The notes beneath the pieces are model-generated. The model was given only the letters and a program-made list of their open reading frames with translations. It had not been told where the DNA came from and searched no databases. 64,000 nucleotides of DNA from Thermoplasmata archaeon (GTDB lineage: Archaea; Thermoplasmatota; Thermoplasmata; GCA-020350865): NCBI GenBank assembly GCA_020348445.1, contig CP070751.1:4844506-4908505 (forward strand). Reading direction: 5' to 3'. Each line of letters starts with the position of its first letter. Positions within the stretch are counted from its first letter, which is position 1. This document shows, in pieces, positions 54,259 to 64,000 of the stretch. The position numbers and the translations under genes were made by a program.

Positions 54259-55743
54259 TCACACAACCTGCGTCTTAAGCACCACAGTATTTGCCACCAT
54301 ATCCCCTATCCTCTGACTTTTAGGATATCTGCTCATTAAAAGCAAACTCACGGCATAAATAAACATCGTCATATCAAGAAGCCGAACCACATTTCTTGTG
54401 AAAGCATCCATAAACCCACATTTTCCCCGCTCGTCCGTTGCGACCTTAATGCCTACCAGCCTCTTGCCTGGGGTATGTCCAAATGCACCCTCGAAAATTG
54501 TAAAGTACACGACCTGAGCCACCCACAACCACATAATGAAGGCAATAAACCAGATGGACATAAGAAGCACACGAAGGTCTGTTAGATCGTAAAGACCCGC
54601 AACACCCCCAACATATAAAAATGGTATCATTATCCCGATGATGATCGATATATCAATTAAGAAGGCCACTATCCTCTGAGAAGACGTGGCATAAAGTCTC
54701 CTCTCCACTCTGTTTAACTCGCGAATAATATGTCTTGCAGTCATTTGAGCACGAAGGGCATCATCCTCTGTTATATTACCTAATCTTGCCGAATTTACAA
54801 GCAGCCAGTAATCGTTTCTTATATAGGGGTGCACGGAAAGTACATCCAGTATTACATATGGACTTTGAGCTATTTTGAATTTGCTCCCTAAATCCGTAAT
54901 CTTCATATCAACGGCCCTTAAAGAGGTTTTGAAAGCACCTTCAAAATCACCGCTTTCTGCCTTTTTCCCCGCCATAGATAGGGTATTTTTCAGGTTTTTA
55001 TCAAAGGCTCTCGAAGGTGAGAGCTCAGGCTTCGAATGTCTCAGTATACGGGGTGCTAGGAAAAATAAGGGAGCAATTGCAATAAGTCCTGCCAAAAACA
55101 CCAAGTCAAGCCCTCCTGCACCGCCAATGGAGCCTGCGGCAAAGGGTAAACCCATCTCCTCCCTTATCTCCTCGAGTCCTACCATAACCTGTGGTATGCG
55201 GACGATATCTGCTCCGATGAGCACCCCAAATGTTGTTGTTGCGTACGCAAATGGAATTCCCATGGTGATCTTCTTTCTGTAGACCAACAAAGCCAAGGCA
55301 ATGGCAGAAAAAGATGGGAACAGGAAATAAGGAAATTCCGAAACTATCCCCAGAGGGGGCCGAAATTCCGTGGTCATATATGTTATCAATCCGATTATCG
55401 CAACCGCACCTATTACAGCAGGCATGTTCAGTTTCTTGATTTTTATAAGATACAATGAAAGTACAATAGGTATTATGGCTCCCCCCAAATCAATGGCCAA
55501 TAAAGAGCCTTGGTATATTAACAATGGTACACCGTACAATCCGAGAGGGCCCAATACTATCCCAACCAATCCACCTACCAAAAGGAGTCCCACCTCCCTT
55601 CTACCCAATCCGCATTTTTCTAATAAGCCAGCATAATCCATATGACCGATGTACAGCTCCACAAATAGCAAAACTGGTATTGCTATGAATACGACAACTG
55701 CAATCACATCTATCCATTGCGCATATTCCATTGTGACACCCAA
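54259..55743 (-). CDS. DUF1614-like membrane domain fused to a C-terminal RDD domain
   Basis: AIDLGGAIIP, TFGVLIGADI and SIGGAG (DUF1614-like); QRIVAFLID, GHTPGKRLVGIKV and QRIGDMVANTVV (RDD). Confidence 0.8.
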   Translation of the reverse strand: MGVTMEYAQWIDVIAVVVFIAIPVLLFVELYIGHMDYAGLLEKCGLGRREVGLLLVGGLVGIVLGPLGLYGVPLLIYQGSLLAIDLGGAIIPIVLSLYLIKIKKLNMPAVIGAVAIIGLITYMTTEFRPPLGIVSEFPYFLFPSFSAIALALLVYRKKITMGIPFAYATTTFGVLIGADIVRIPQVMVGLEEIREEMGLPFAAGSIGGAGGLDLVFLAGLIAIAPLFFLAPRILRHSKPELSPSRAFDKNLKNTLSMAGKKAESGDFEGAFKTSLRAVDMKITDLGSKFKIAQSPYVILDVLSVHPYIRNDYWLLVNSARLGNITEDDALRAQMTARHIIRELNRVERRLYATSSQRIVAFLIDISIIIGIMIPFLYVGGVAGLYDLTDLRVLLMSIWFIAFIMWLWVAQVVYFTIFEGAFGHTPGKRLVGIKVATDERGKCGFMDAFTRNVVRLLDMTMFIYAVSLLLMSRYPKSQRIGDMVANTVVLKTQVV

Positions 55744-55823
55744 AAGCAGTAATTATTGATATCATTTGCCCAAAGTCATGGAAAAAAGATAAATTCTTCT
55801 ATTATGCTGAAATAAGTTACTAC

Positions 55824-56207
55824 TCATTCCTCTTCTTTATGTCTGCTCCATACATCATCGGAAATTTCATCATAAATTGCATAATCTTCATTTGTTGGGA
55901 CCTCATCAACGAGGTTTGCGAGCCGCAGAATCTCCCTCTTCTTTAATACCCAGTAATGTATACGCCAGATCTTGCCTTTTTTGATGGTTATCTGATCCTG
56001 GAATGTGGTTAGTATTCCCACATCCTGGAGCGTGTAAAAAACGTCTCTATCTTTAGCTTTGAGAAGGTTGTCTGAGATGGTGTCTTCAAAACCAAAGAAG
56101 TTCATCACATATTCAGCCAGCTTTTTAACCTCTTCCTTCTCCATGCCCTTTTTGCCCAATGTGTTCATCAGGGCACGTTCCACATCCTGGACAGTGATGG
56201 TGGTCAT
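55824..56207 (-). CDS. Conserved hypothetical protein, DUF6015-like
   Basis: MNFFGFED.I.DN.L...DRDVFY.L...GIL......G..WRIHYW resembles the Thermoplasmata DUF6015 proteins as I recall them. Confidence 0.65.
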   Translation of the reverse strand: MTTITVQDVERALMNTLGKKGMEKEEVKKLAEYVMNFFGFEDTISDNLLKAKDRDVFYTLQDVGILTTFQDQITIKKGKIWRIHYWVLKKREILRLANLVDEVPTNEDYAIYDEISDDVWSRHKEEE

Positions 56208-56368
56208 TTAAACATCCTCTGCAGGATCGCGATTTCATCCAAATATCGCATTGATACCAAATTCTGCGCAACCACCTAATCGATTATTCATTAATGTAAC
56301 TTTCGATTGGAATATCAGGGTGGATTTTTTAGAAATTCTGTGTTTTTAACGAAAAAACCGGGATACTC

Positions 56369-56674
56369 TCATCCATAAGCGAAGCCATCGTACTCCTTCG
56401 TACTTTTCTTTCCACCGCTTCGTTTTATTGATTTGCGCTGAGAGGCCTTCCTGCCTATAAAATGAAAATCCCTTCTAAGAAGCCTGATGAAAACCTTATC
56501 AGGCAGTGACTCGAGAGCGATTATACCCCGTGTTTGAAGGCGGGCAAGGCCCCTTTCCAACATCTTCTCAGAGATAGCAAGCTCCTTTCTAAGCTCCTCG
56601 GTGGTAATTGGGTAAACCTCCAAAAGGACCTCTATGATCCTCGCCTCCAAACTGCCTCGTTCTATTTCGATCAT
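56369..56674 (-). CDS. Small winged helix-turn-helix protein
   Basis: LEARIIEVL..YPIT.EELRKELAISEKMLERGLARLQ.RGII pattern. Confidence 0.7.
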   Translation of the reverse strand: MIEIERGSLEARIIEVLLEVYPITTEELRKELAISEKMLERGLARLQTRGIIALESLPDKVFIRLLRRDFHFIGRKASQRKSIKRSGGKKSTKEYDGFAYG

Positions 56675-56751
56675 TATAACATAATCGAATTTAAGGTTAA
56701 ATAATCTATCTGACGCTTGATATAATAACAGGAACGAAAAGTCTCACTTGC

Positions 56752-57054
56752 CTAGTAGTATTCAGCCCTTTCAGATACCAACTTCCTCAGTTTTCTGACT
56801 TTTTGCTTGCCGCCTGTGTTCACAAAGCTGGGAAAATATTTCAAAAGGACCATATCACCAACAGAATCTATCCAACGAAAGGGAATCAGTACGCTCCCAG
56901 ATTCCTCAACGAGCAGCGGGTTCGTGTTTCTAACATATATGCCGTATATATTCCTGGTATCTACATCGACTACAATATTATCTACATTGCCCAGATATAG
57001 GGCCTCGTTCGTGTAAACTTCTAACCCTAGGATTTCCATAAGTTCCGTCATCAT
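56752..57054 (-). CDS. PRC-barrel domain protein
   Basis: LGLEVYTNEALYLGNVDNIVVD and IPFRWIDSVGDMVLL. Confidence 0.85.
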   Translation of the reverse strand: MMTELMEILGLEVYTNEALYLGNVDNIVVDVDTRNIYGIYVRNTNPLLVEESGSVLIPFRWIDSVGDMVLLKYFPSFVNTGGKQKVRKLRKLVSERAEYY

Positions 57055-57182
57055 GGTTATCAGGTTCGGTATGGTATTTGTATTATATCAAAATTACGCA
57101 GGTTTGAAAGGGTATGTACCAATCAAAGAATTAATAACAATGTAGAGCATTTCCGTATCAGAATTTCAGTGGGGATATTGAT

Positions 57183-58733
57183 ATGGATGCAATTATAAAC
57201 TCTGTGGGAAGGAAAATTCCAGAAGAAATAGATGGGAGAAAGCTTAAGCCATATCAAGGGGCCTTTTCTACAGCACCTGAACCCTGGAAGGCGCCTATGA
57301 AAGCAGGTTTTATAAAACCGGGAGAGAGTAAGATACTGGCATCTTTGGAGGAGTCCATAAAGAAAACTGGCCTTACAGATGGGATGACGGTATCCTTTCA
57401 CCACCATCTAAGAAATGGAGATGGTGTTATTAACATGGTGATGGACGCCATTGCCCAGATGGGGATAAAGAACATCAGAATATTCCCCACAGCTCTCTTT
57501 CCTGTTCATGAACATTTAATACCCCACATAGAAAGCGGAGTCATAACCTCAATCGAGGGCAGCATGAACGGCCCTGTTGGAGCTGCTGCGACATATGGCA
57601 TTCTTCCCAAGTGCGCAGTTCTGAGATCCCACGGCGGAAGGATAAGGGCTATACATTCTGGGGATGTGAAGGTTGATGTGGCCTTTTTGGCAGCTTCATC
57701 AGCTGATCCTTACGGGAATTGTAACGGTGTCTTTGGACCCAACTTCTTTGGACCAGTGGGATTGGCCAGGGCCGATGCCATGTTCGGTGAGCATGTGGTT
57801 ATTGTGACAGATAACCTAGTGGAATACCCCTGCTATCCAATCAGTATATCACAGAAATACGTGGATTATGTAGTTGAGGTTCCTTCTATCGGGGATCATG
57901 CGGGCATAGTATCTGGAACAACTGAGGTCACAAAGGATCCAAAACAGCTTGCAATGGCTGAGCAGATTGTAAAACTAATTGAGCAGTCTGGCCTTCTTAA
58001 GGAGGGTATGTCCTTTCAGGCAGGAGCTGGAGGGGTTTCCCTTGCTTCCATGAAAGTACTTCACGATTACATGAGGGAAAAAGGGATTCACGGTAACTTT
58101 GCAATTGGGGGCACAACCAAGTACCTGGTTGATATGCTAAGGGATGGTACTATTCGGGTTCTTTTAACTGGTCAATCTTTTGATCTAGAATCCATAGAAT
58201 CCATTGCCAAGGATTACGGCCACCAGGAGATTACAACCGATTTTTATGCCAACATCCACAATAAGGGCTGTGCAGTCAACTGGCTGGATGTCGTTATTCT
58301 CGGGGCCACAGAAGTTGATGTGGATTTTAACGTTAATGTGAACACACACTCTGATGGTAAGTTGCTACATGGAATAGGGGGTCATCAGGATACTGCTGCA
58401 GGAGCCAAACTGACAATTATCGTATGTCCGCTTTTCAGGAAGAAAATACCCATTGTCAGGGAGTCTGTGACCACTGTAACCACACCTGGTGAGACAGTGG
58501 ATGCAATTGTCACAAATGAGGGAATAGCAATAAATCCAAGAAGGCAGGACCTTGTGAAAAAATTACAGGAAAGTGACTTACCCATAAGAAAGATTGAGGA
58601 TCTGCAAAAACAGGCATATGAGATAACTGGCGGTCCTCCAGAATTGGTAACAACTGATAGGATCATCGCTTTAATCGAATACCGTGACGGATCAATAATA
58701 GACGTTGTCAGGGGATTGAAAAAGGATTCTTAG
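57183..58733 (+). CDS. citF: Citrate lyase alpha subunit (citrate CoA-transferase)
   Basis: GMTVSFHHHLRNGD, LRSHGGR, FQAGAGG, GATEVDVDFNVNV, GGHQDTAAGAK, VVTTPGETVD-like segment. Confidence 0.92.
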   Translation: MDAIINSVGRKIPEEIDGRKLKPYQGAFSTAPEPWKAPMKAGFIKPGESKILASLEESIKKTGLTDGMTVSFHHHLRNGDGVINMVMDAIAQMGIKNIRIFPTALFPVHEHLIPHIESGVITSIEGSMNGPVGAAATYGILPKCAVLRSHGGRIRAIHSGDVKVDVAFLAASSADPYGNCNGVFGPNFFGPVGLARADAMFGEHVVIVTDNLVEYPCYPISISQKYVDYVVEVPSIGDHAGIVSGTTEVTKDPKQLAMAEQIVKLIEQSGLLKEGMSFQAGAGGVSLASMKVLHDYMREKGIHGNFAIGGTTKYLVDMLRDGTIRVLLTGQSFDLESIESIAKDYGHQEITTDFYANIHNKGCAVNWLDVVILGATEVDVDFNVNVNTHSDGKLLHGIGGHQDTAAGAKLTIIVCPLFRKKIPIVRESVTTVTTPGETVDAIVTNEGIAINPRRQDLVKKLQESDLPIRKIEDLQKQAYEITGGPPELVTTDRIIALIEYRDGSIIDVVRGLKKDS

Positions 58734-58745
58734 GAAGCTGGTATT

Positions 58746-59507
58746 ATGGATGCTGTAAAATGGAAAACAGGAATCACGAAGGTGGAGCCAAACAAGATAG
58801 TAACAAGAGGTTATCCTCAGGATGAACTCATTGGGAACGTCCCTTTTTCTCACGTTGTGTTTCTTCTCATGAAAGGGGAAATGCCCTCAGAGAGCGAGGG
58901 AAAAATGATGGATGCAATACTCACAGCCTGTGTAGATCACGGTGTGACACCTCCTTCCTCCCAGGCCTCGAGGGTGGTGGCCTCAGGGGGTGTTCCAATG
59001 CCAACTGCCATAGCCGCGGGGCTTATGTCAATAGGTGATTTTCACGGAGGGGCCATCGAAAAAGGTGCCTTGTTTTTACAGGATGGGGTAAAGCGTATGA
59101 AAGATGAGGGAAAAAGTGCTGAGAAGATGGCTTCTATATTGGTTAAGGAGTCAAAGGAAAAGGGCAAGAGGATTCTGGGCTTTGGACACAGGATTCATAC
59201 AGACGACCCAAGGACAAAGAAGCTGCTTTTACTGGCGGAGGAACTTGGAATCGCAAAGGAACATGTGGCACTTTCAAGGGCAATTGCAGTTGAGCTTGAA
59301 AAGACCCTAGGTAAGAAATTGCCCATAAATGTTGATGGTTGTGTGGCTGCATTGATTTCTGACATGGGATTTGACTGGAGGTTGGGTAAGGCTTTTTTTG
59401 TAATAGGGAGGACTGCAGGCTTGACCGCGCAGGTTTACGAGGAGATATCCAGGGAGAAGCCTATGAGGAGGATGTGGAGCGCGGATGTTGAGTACGATGG
59501 GCCATAG
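58746..59507 (+). CDS. Citryl-CoA lyase (small citrate-synthase-fold protein)
   Basis: 253 aa with DHG, HGGA, GFGHRIH and PINVDG; lacks the large N-terminal part of full citrate synthases. Confidence 0.82.
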   Translation: MDAVKWKTGITKVEPNKIVTRGYPQDELIGNVPFSHVVFLLMKGEMPSESEGKMMDAILTACVDHGVTPPSSQASRVVASGGVPMPTAIAAGLMSIGDFHGGAIEKGALFLQDGVKRMKDEGKSAEKMASILVKESKEKGKRILGFGHRIHTDDPRTKKLLLLAEELGIAKEHVALSRAIAVELEKTLGKKLPINVDGCVAALISDMGFDWRLGKAFFVIGRTAGLTAQVYEEISREKPMRRMWSADVEYDGP

Positions 59508-59631
59508 GAAGGGAAGGTTTGAGTGAGATAGAAGTTTTTATTTGAATAGACAAGTGAAAAAGGATTTTTAAGCGTCCCCCTCACCCTTGACACACAAACC
59601 CTTATATACAATCTTTCTTCATGCCAGCTCA

Positions 59632-61731
59632 ATGAAATCCCCTTCTAAATCCAATCGCTTGATCAATGAAAAGAGTCCTTATCTTTTGCAGCATGCCCAC
59701 AATCCAGTTGACTGGTACCCCTGGGGTGAGGTAGCTTTTGAGAAGGCAAAATCCCAGGACAGGCCTATATTCCTTTCCATTGGCTACTCCACTTGTCACT
59801 GGTGCCATGTCATGGAAAAGGAGTCCTTTGAAGATGAAAAGGTTGCGAGGCTTCTTAATGAAAACTTCGTGTGCATAAAAGTGGACAGGGAAGAGCGGCC
59901 AGATATAGACAACATCTACATGACAGTCTGTCAGATGTTGACAGGAAGCGGAGGATGGCCTCTTACAATTATAATGACTTCTGATAAAAAGCCCTTTTTT
60001 GCAGCAACATACATACCAAAAGAAAGTAGATTTGGAATGGCTGGTCTTTTGGATCTTATACCGAAAATATCACAAATTTGGGCAAACCAAAGAGGGGAAA
60101 TTCTAAATTCAGCAGAACAGGTTATAACAACCCTAAAATGGTACCCTCAGACATCCAAAGGTGAAGAGCTGGATGCATCTATTCTCGACTCCGCATATGG
60201 AGACCTTCTAAATTCATTTGATGAAAATTACGGGGGATTTGGGAGTGCACCCAAATTTCCCAGCCCCCATAATCTTATCTTTTTGCTTTGGTATTGGAAA
60301 AGGGCAGATCATCAAAAAGCCCTTCATATGGTTGAGGATACATTAAAGAAGATGAGACAAGGAGGAATCTGGGATCATGTGGGATTTGGATTCCATAGAT
60401 ATTCAACTGACAGATTCTGGCTCGTTCCCCATTTTGAAAAGATGCTTTACGATCAGGCAATGCTGGCTCTGGCCTACACCGAGGCATTTTACGCAACTGG
60501 TAAATCTGAATATAAAGAAACTGTAGAGGAATTATTGCAGTATGTTCTAAGGGACATGACCTCCTCTGAGGGGGGGTTTTACTCTGCTGAGGACGCGGAT
60601 AGTGAAGGGGAGGAGGGTAAGTTCTATTTGTGGACTGAAGAGGAAATTAGAGGGAACTTGGGTGATGAAACAGAGAATTTTAAAAAAGTATTCAATATAT
60701 CAAAAGATGGCAACTATATCGACGAAATCAAGGGTAAAAAAACGAAAAAAAATATTCTCCATCTTAAGAAATCCTACTCAGACCTAGCAAAGGATATGGA
60801 TGTTCCCCTCGAAGAACTCAAAATAAACATTGAAAAAGCTAGACAGATATTTTATGCAAACAGGGAAAAAAGAGTTCATCCTCACAAGGACGATAAAATA
60901 CTAACAGACTGGAATGGACTTATGATAGCAGCCTTTGCAAAGGCTGGATTTGTTTTTGGTAATGCTGATTACATTGGGGTGGCAAAGAATGCTGCTGATT
61001 TCATTTTAACAAATATGGATGATAAAGATAATGGTCTTTTACATAGGTTTAGAGAAGGAGAAGCCGCGATACCTGGATTTCTCGATGACTATGCATTCTT
61101 TGTTTGGGGTTTGATTGAACTTTATGAATCTACCTTTGAATTGAAATATCTGAGCCATGCAATTGAATATACAAAATACTCAATCGAGCATTTCTGGGAT
61201 GAGGAGGGTGGTGGTTTTTTTTTAACTTCTGATCACGCAGAAAATCTTCTCGTTCGCCATAAAACAGGTTATGATGGTGCCATCCCATCTGGGAACTCCA
61301 TAGCAATGCTGAATTTAATAAGGCTGGCAAGAATCAGCGGGAATTCTGGAATGGAAGAAAAAGCTCAAAATGTCAAACTCGCATTTTCCAGCGATATCAA
61401 TAATCATCCTCTATCTCATACCCAATTCCTGACGGCTTATGATTTTCTTGTAGGGCCCTCATTTGAGGTTGTTATTGTAGGAGATCTTGATTCAGAAGAT
61501 ACAAAAGATATAATGAATCTATTTCGTGAATATTATTTTCCAAATATGGTTCTTTTGCACAAACCCATTGATAGATCAACAAATATAGAATCCATCTCAC
61601 CTTTTACAAAAGATATGTCAACCATAAACGGAAAAACCACCGTATATGTTTGTCGTAACTTCAGTTGTGAGCTCCCAACAAACGATAAAGAAAAAATACT
61701 GAAGCTGCTTAATGTAAAGAATATTTTATGA
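59632..61731 (+). CDS. YyaL/SPATA20-like thioredoxin-domain protein with alpha/alpha-barrel
   Basis: [63 protein letters not shown] 59632 lies about 30 nt after a CTTATATA box. Confidence 0.93.
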   Translation: MKSPSKSNRLINEKSPYLLQHAHNPVDWYPWGEVAFEKAKSQDRPIFLSIGYSTCHWCHVMEKESFEDEKVARLLNENFVCIKVDREERPDIDNIYMTVCQMLTGSGGWPLTIIMTSDKKPFFAATYIPKESRFGMAGLLDLIPKISQIWANQRGEILNSAEQVITTLKWYPQTSKGEELDASILDSAYGDLLNSFDENYGGFGSAPKFPSPHNLIFLLWYWKRADHQKALHMVEDTLKKMRQGGIWDHVGFGFHRYSTDRFWLVPHFEKMLYDQAMLALAYTEAFYATGKSEYKETVEELLQYVLRDMTSSEGGFYSAEDADSEGEEGKFYLWTEEEIRGNLGDETENFKKVFNISKDGNYIDEIKGKKTKKNILHLKKSYSDLAKDMDVPLEELKINIEKARQIFYANREKRVHPHKDDKILTDWNGLMIAAFAKAGFVFGNADYIGVAKNAADFILTNMDDKDNGLLHRFREGEAAIPGFLDDYAFFVWGLIELYESTFELKYLSHAIEYTKYSIEHFWDEEGGGFFLTSDHAENLLVRHKTGYDGAIPSGNSIAMLNLIRLARISGNSGMEEKAQNVKLAFSSDINNHPLSHTQFLTAYDFLVGPSFEVVIVGDLDSEDTKDIMNLFREYYFPNMVLLHKPIDRSTNIESISPFTKDMSTINGKTTVYVCRNFSCELPTNDKEKILKLLNVKNIL

Positions 61732-61813
61732 ATCAATAGAAATAGATGAATATTAGGACTAAGAAGAACCTACATGGACTACCCCAGGGAACCGTGTGCA
61801 AAAGGCTCTGACA

Positions 61814-62560
61814 TCACTTAGATCCATGCTCAAGGAAGTACTCAGCGTAATTTAATCCACGCTTTGCTATCATTGAAGTTGGTTTCAGCTCCAAGGCCTT
61901 TTCAAAGAATTTTTTGGCACCTTCGTAGTCACCAAGGCTTTCCATGGCAGTTCCACGTCTTGCATAGGCGTCAGGATTTATAGGATCTAGTTCTATCACT
62001 TTATCAAAATACTCTATGGATTTCTCCACTTTCCCAAGGTTCAGATGCGCCATACCGTATTTGAACCACATTTTTGAATCATTCTCATATGCAGCTATTC
62101 TTTTTTCAATTTTATTGGTATCATTGCGTGCCTTCTCTATACTCTTTAAGGCCTTGGTATGGGCTGGGCCCGCAAGTTCATGAACTGGTATCAGTTCCAA
62201 GGCCTCGGCATAATATTCAACAGCCTTCACCTTGTTTCCATAGAAATCCTGCACTCTTCCCTTAAACTCCAAGTCATTGGCTCTCATGAGTTTGATTTGA
62301 TACTGGTAATGTGAAGATTTTTCTTTGTCGCCAAGTTCCTTAGCATGAAAAGTCAGCTTTTCGTAAACATCCCTTGAATCAACTGGCCTCCAGAAGTACT
62401 CCTCGATTTCCTCAACCTTTCTATGGATATTATCCAGCTTTTCTTTTGCTTCACTTGGATTTGCGGAATCAATTGTATCCATAGCCAGAAAAAGTGCCTC
62501 GATATTCCTTTTCATGCTATCTGTTACGTCCAATTCTATTAGTTCCTGCATTTTATTCAT
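61814..62560 (-). CDS. Tetratricopeptide-repeat protein
   Basis: WFKYGMAHLNLGKVEKSIEYFDKVIELDP and AYARRGTAMESLGDYEGAKKFFEKALELKP. Confidence 0.85.
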   Translation of the reverse strand: MNKMQELIELDVTDSMKRNIEALFLAMDTIDSANPSEAKEKLDNIHRKVEEIEEYFWRPVDSRDVYEKLTFHAKELGDKEKSSHYQYQIKLMRANDLEFKGRVQDFYGNKVKAVEYYAEALELIPVHELAGPAHTKALKSIEKARNDTNKIEKRIAAYENDSKMWFKYGMAHLNLGKVEKSIEYFDKVIELDPINPDAYARRGTAMESLGDYEGAKKFFEKALELKPTSMIAKRGLNYAEYFLEHGSK

Positions 62561-62771
62561 GGGCTGCGAAATGCTGTTTTAGGATTAATAGTTAGCTGTA
62601 TAATTGTCATTGCAATAAATATCTTTTAAAACGCTCTAATCTATCTTAGGAAAGGGGGCCCAAGGGTGGATATCAGTATTTACGATAAATTGCATAATGA
62701 ATCCCCCACCAAACATTTAATAACAATCATGATATATGCTCCTTCCAATCTCAAGATAGGGGGGAAGATGT

Positions 62772-63545
62772 ATGGTAAACCAGTACAAAAACATTCAATT
62801 TGAGAAGGATGAGCATGTAGCAAAGATAACTCTTAACAGACCGCCTCTTAATGTTCTCAATATCGAGATGATGAGGGAAATCAATTCTGTTTTAGAAGGA
62901 TTGGAGGACGATAAGAAATTGAAAGCCGTTATTTTTCAGGCTGAAGGTAAAGCCTTCTCAGCTGGCGTGGATGTTTCTGATCATACCAATGATAAGGTAG
63001 AGGAGATGATTCACGTCTTTCACATGATATTCTTTCATATGACAAAAATAAAGGCTCCCACCGTAGCACTGGTAAATGGTCCCGCGTTGGGTGGGGGGTG
63101 TGAACTTGCAGTATTCTGTGATATGGTCCTGGCTTCGGATAGCTCAAAATTCGGGCAGCCAGAGATCAAAGTGGGTGTGTTTCCACCCATCGCGGCTGTG
63201 ATGTTTCCCTGGTACACGAACTTAAAAAAGGCCATGGAACTGCTTATGACTGGTGAGACCATATCTGCTTCCGAGGCAAAGGAAATTGGTCTGGTCAATG
63301 CCGTATACCCCATGGAGACTTTCGAAGAGGATGCCAAGGGTTTTATAGAAAAGCTGACAAGCCAAAGTTCTGTTGTTCTCCAATTGACAAAAGAAGCCAT
63401 CGATGAGGCCTATGGTGAGAATTATCATATCGCCGTAGCAAAGGTGGAGAATGTCTATATGAACAAACTCATGAATACCCACGATGCTAACGAAGGCTTG
63501 AAAGCATTTTTGGAGAAGAGAAAGCCAGAATGGAAGAACGAATAA
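62772..63545 (+). CDS. Enoyl-CoA hydratase/isomerase family protein
   Basis: ITLNRPPLNVL, AFSAGVD, ALGGGCEL, FGQPEIKVG, AFLEKRKP. Confidence 0.92.
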   Translation: MVNQYKNIQFEKDEHVAKITLNRPPLNVLNIEMMREINSVLEGLEDDKKLKAVIFQAEGKAFSAGVDVSDHTNDKVEEMIHVFHMIFFHMTKIKAPTVALVNGPALGGGCELAVFCDMVLASDSSKFGQPEIKVGVFPPIAAVMFPWYTNLKKAMELLMTGETISASEAKEIGLVNAVYPMETFEEDAKGFIEKLTSQSSVVLQLTKEAIDEAYGENYHIAVAKVENVYMNKLMNTHDANEGLKAFLEKRKPEWKNE

Positions 63546-63559
63546 TAGGGGAGATTACA

Positions 63560-64000
63560 ATGGAGTTGGAAGGTCAAGTTGGAATAGTCACAGGTGGAAG
63601 CCTGGGTATAGGTTCTTCAATTGCTATTGCATTGGCAAAAAATGGTGCTGATGTTGCCTTAAATTACAGGAAACATGATGCTGAGGCAAAGGCCATAGCA
63701 GAGAAAATTAACGGCATGGGCAGACGTGGTATGGTGGTTAAAGCGGACGTTTCAAAAACAGAAGATGCGCAGAATATGGTCAAGAAAGTTGTAGAGGATT
63801 TTGGAAGACTGGATATACTCGTCTGCAATGCAGGAATTAACATGGACAGCGTGATTTGGAAGATGACAGAAGAGCAGTGGGACACAGTGATGTCAGTTAA
63901 TCTTAAGGGTTATTTTAACTACGCAAAGGCAGCGGCCCCCATATTCAAGGAGCAAAAGCATGGTAAGATAGTGAACATAACATCAATAAACGGTCTTAGA
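63560..64000 (+). CDS. Short-chain dehydrogenase/reductase, FabG-like (runs off the window end; absent from the ORF track)
   Basis: Hand translation MELEGQVGIVTGGSLGIG...DILVCNAGI...VMSVNLKG...GKIVNITS, with a TGxxxGIG motif and a GGGGAG RBS. Confidence 0.9.
   Translation, partial: MELEGQVGIVTGGSLGIGSSIAIALAKNGADVALNYRKHDAEAKAIAEKINGMGRRGMVVKADVSKTEDAQNMVKKVVEDFGRLDILVCNAGINMDSVIWKMTEEQWDTVMSVNLKGYFNYAKAAAPIFKEQKHGKIVNITSINGLR

Overview
Gene-dense archaeal window, most likely from a Thermoplasmata-type lineage. This is inferred from dph2, an archaeal Toprim protein, an HVO_0476-like zinc finger, a DUF6015-like protein, rpe, and TATA-like promoters with GGAGG/GAGGTG ribosome sites. Layout: (1) 0.1-3.1 kb, a MacB/FtsX-type permease. 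(2) 3.2-13.4 kb, an accessory block with four paralogous NAD(P)H-dependent MDR oxidoreductases interleaved with a flavodoxin, an amidohydrolase and a SAM methyltransferase, followed by an ICMT/PEMT-like methyltransferase, a radical SAM protein and arsM. (3) 13.4-32.4 kb, a 19-kb gene for a 6345-aa acidic repeat protein with about 40 contiguous RTX nonapeptides, EF-hand-like repeats and three N-terminal hydrophobic segments. (4) A divergent ABC ATPase plus second MacB/FtsX permease, then mostly housekeeping and hypothetical genes. (5) 43.7-52.4 kb, a 2914-aa beta-helix/PKD/CARDB surface protein. (6) rpe, dph2, citF with a citryl-CoA lyase, a YyaL-like protein, a TPR protein, an enoyl-CoA hydratase and a truncated SDR. 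Main leads: the two unrelated giant surface-protein genes share a homologous ~224-nt upstream region (motif, TATA box, potentially structured leader) ahead of similar N-termini; a bacterial-style RTX giant appears membrane-tethered at its N-terminus; and CitF sits with a citrate-synthase-fold citryl-CoA lyase without citD/citE. No rRNA, tRNA, CRISPR array, integrase or transposase was recognised. All family calls come from motif reading, not database searches.
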